Source: a virus. From it: 39,624 bases of DNA. Below, piece after piece: positions 38,481 through 39,624 of this stretch. Position 1 is the first letter of the stretch; each line of letters opens with the position of its first letter. Below the pieces are notes generated by a model. That model saw only the letters and a list, made by a program, of their open reading frames with translations. It made no database searches and was not told the DNA's origin. The stretch lies in IMG/VR virus record IMGVR_UViG_3300040801_002038, positions 1 to 39,624 of that record, one strand, 5' to 3'. Made by a program: the position numbers and the translations under genes.

Positions 38481-38681
38481 ATGGAGAACAGCGAAGCGAT
38501 GACCACCAACCCGAACGAAACGCTGCAGGCCGTCAACCAGGCGTGCCGCGACCTGTGCCGCGCGATGGAAAGCGCGCAGGACCAGCACGGCGCCAGCAGC
38601 CGCGAAGCCCGCGAAGCCGAGGCGGCCTACGACCTGGCCACCGAATGCCGGGCCCGGCTCGAACGCCGGTTCGGCTGGTGA
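38481..38681 (+). CDS. Small helical protein (66 aa; 60 aa if ATG 38499), first rightward gene
   Basis: Only sizeable + ORF after the promoter. Sequence MENSEAMTTNPNETLQAVNQACRDLCRAMESAQ... The start choice is uncertain. Confidence 0.45.
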   Translation: MENSEAMTTNPNETLQAVNQACRDLCRAMESAQDQHGASSREAREAEAAYDLATECRARLERRFGW

Positions 38682-38715
38682 GCCGCAACCCGACAGCCAC
38701 CGGAGAACCCACACG

Positions 38716-39462
38716 ATGACCGTACGGCTAACCGTCGAACTCGACGACCCCGACGACCCCACGCTGGCCGACACCACCTCGAGGCGCCGCGCACCGCGCC
38801 GCGTGATCGAACTAGTCGACCCGACATATTACGACGTGACTAAGTTGCGGAACCTGCTGCACCCCGACGAAACCGAACGCCGGCGCGCCGAGTTCCGCCG
38901 CAACTTCGTGCGCACCGACCTGCGCGACCAGGCGCCGCACGATGGACGGACACGCGGGTTGCCGTTCGACGTGCCGTTCGGTGCAGGTAACCAGGCCAGC
39001 GACGCACCGGCAAACGGCCAGGCGCCAGCAACGGCGCCGGAACCGGCGCCGAGTAAGCCCACGCGCCACCGCACCATATGGCAGCCCGAGTTGACCGACC
39101 ACGCGCGGGAAACGCTGTGGCTGCAGCATATGCGCCCGTTACTTCTGGACACGCAGCCGCCGGCAGAACACAACGACACCGGCACGCGGTTGCGGACTCC
39201 GTTTGATACTGGCATGCGTTGGGACCCAGAAACCGGGGTCGTTGCCTACCGGCAGGGCAAAGGCGAAATCCGCGTGCGGCAGCCGGTGCCCGGCAGGGCC
39301 CCCGATGGTTGCCTGCTGTACGAACGCCAGACATCGGGCGCGGTACTGACCGACGATCCGAACGACAATCGCACGCTGCGCGTGCGCTTCACCGTCGAGC
39401 TTGCCAGTGGACGTACGCAGGCCACGTCGTTTCAGCTAACCACGCACCAGGCCAAAGCATGA
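38716..39462 (+). CDS. Hypothetical protein (248 aa)
   Basis: ATG 38716 with SD ggagaa 8 nt upstream. Stop in an ATGA overlap with the HTH gene. Similar beta-like termini TVRLTVELDD and LRVRFTVELASG. Confidence 0.55.
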   Translation: MTVRLTVELDDPDDPTLADTTSRRRAPRRVIELVDPTYYDVTKLRNLLHPDETERRRAEFRRNFVRTDLRDQAPHDGRTRGLPFDVPFGAGNQASDAPANGQAPATAPEPAPSKPTRHRTIWQPELTDHARETLWLQHMRPLLLDTQPPAEHNDTGTRLRTPFDTGMRWDPETGVVAYRQGKGEIRVRQPVPGRAPDGCLLYERQTSGAVLTDDPNDNRTLRVRFTVELASGRTQATSFQLTTHQAKA

Positions 39463-39624
39463 CAGCCCGACCGTTGACCCTTCCCGCCCTGATCGCCGAA
39501 CAGTGGTCGGGCACGCTGCAGCAGCTGGCCGAGGCCGTCGGCGTGTCCCAGTCCAGCGTGTGGAACTGGACGCAAGGCACCACCGCACCCAGGCTGCAGG
39601 CGCGCAACGCGCTGGCCGCGGCGC
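39459..39624 (+). CDS. XRE-type HTH protein, N-terminal part (continues at 3-341 after joining ends)
   Basis: ATG 39459-39461 overlaps the upstream TGA. MTARPLTLPALIAEQWSGTLQQLAEAVGVSQSSVWNW... Confidence 0.7.
   Translation, partial: MTARPLTLPALIAEQWSGTLQQLAEAVGVSQSSVWNWTQGTTAPRLQARNALAAA
39508..39624. repeat. Right copy of exact 117-bp terminal direct repeat
   Basis: Identical to nt 1-117. Confidence 0.9.

Overview
Strongly GC-rich 39,624-nt window. Its first 117 nt recur exactly at its end, so it reads as a circularly closed, apparently complete ~39.5-kb tailed-phage genome with lambda-like siphovirus morphogenesis genes. All homology calls come from motif patterns read by eye in the translations; no searches were run.

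Layout:
- A short rightward operon runs 38481 -> across the window ends -> 3333. It encodes a small protein, a 248-aa protein, an XRE-type HTH protein, a Cas4-like Fe-S exonuclease, RecT and a small nuclease-like protein. It ends at a 12-bp-stem hairpin.
- One ~35-kb leftward gene string runs 38348 -> 3420 with pervasive ATGA/GTGA/TGATG stop-start overlaps. In order it carries early and accessory genes, terS, GpA-type terL, a small zinc finger, and a giant protein at the lambda W position. Then come a lambda-type portal, protease-scaffold, Mu gpT-like capsid, connector genes, an enlarged tube protein, and a G/GT chaperone with a GGGAAAC slip site. It finishes with the tape measure, an M-L-K-I/J tail tip, fibres and a terminal membrane-protein cassette.
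- I saw no integrase, tRNA, CRISPR array, reverse transcriptase, recognisable endolysin, or replicative polymerase/helicase.

Most unusual observations:
1. A 1,221-aa SGNH/SASA-type esterase with repeat modules is fused to a gpW-like head-tail joining domain.
2. A compositionally distinct early gene encodes a membrane-tail-anchored copy of the Cys-rich (Fe-S type) C-terminal domain of tail-tip protein L.
3. A 16-17-bp GC-rich palindromic element recurs as inverted pairs at module boundaries.
4. Conserved lambda-like parts have accreted domains: an I-J fusion, an M-like domain with a ~490-aa extension, and a Zn-ribbon-bearing T segment.
5. A ParB-like protein carries what looks like a gutted DNA methyltransferase.
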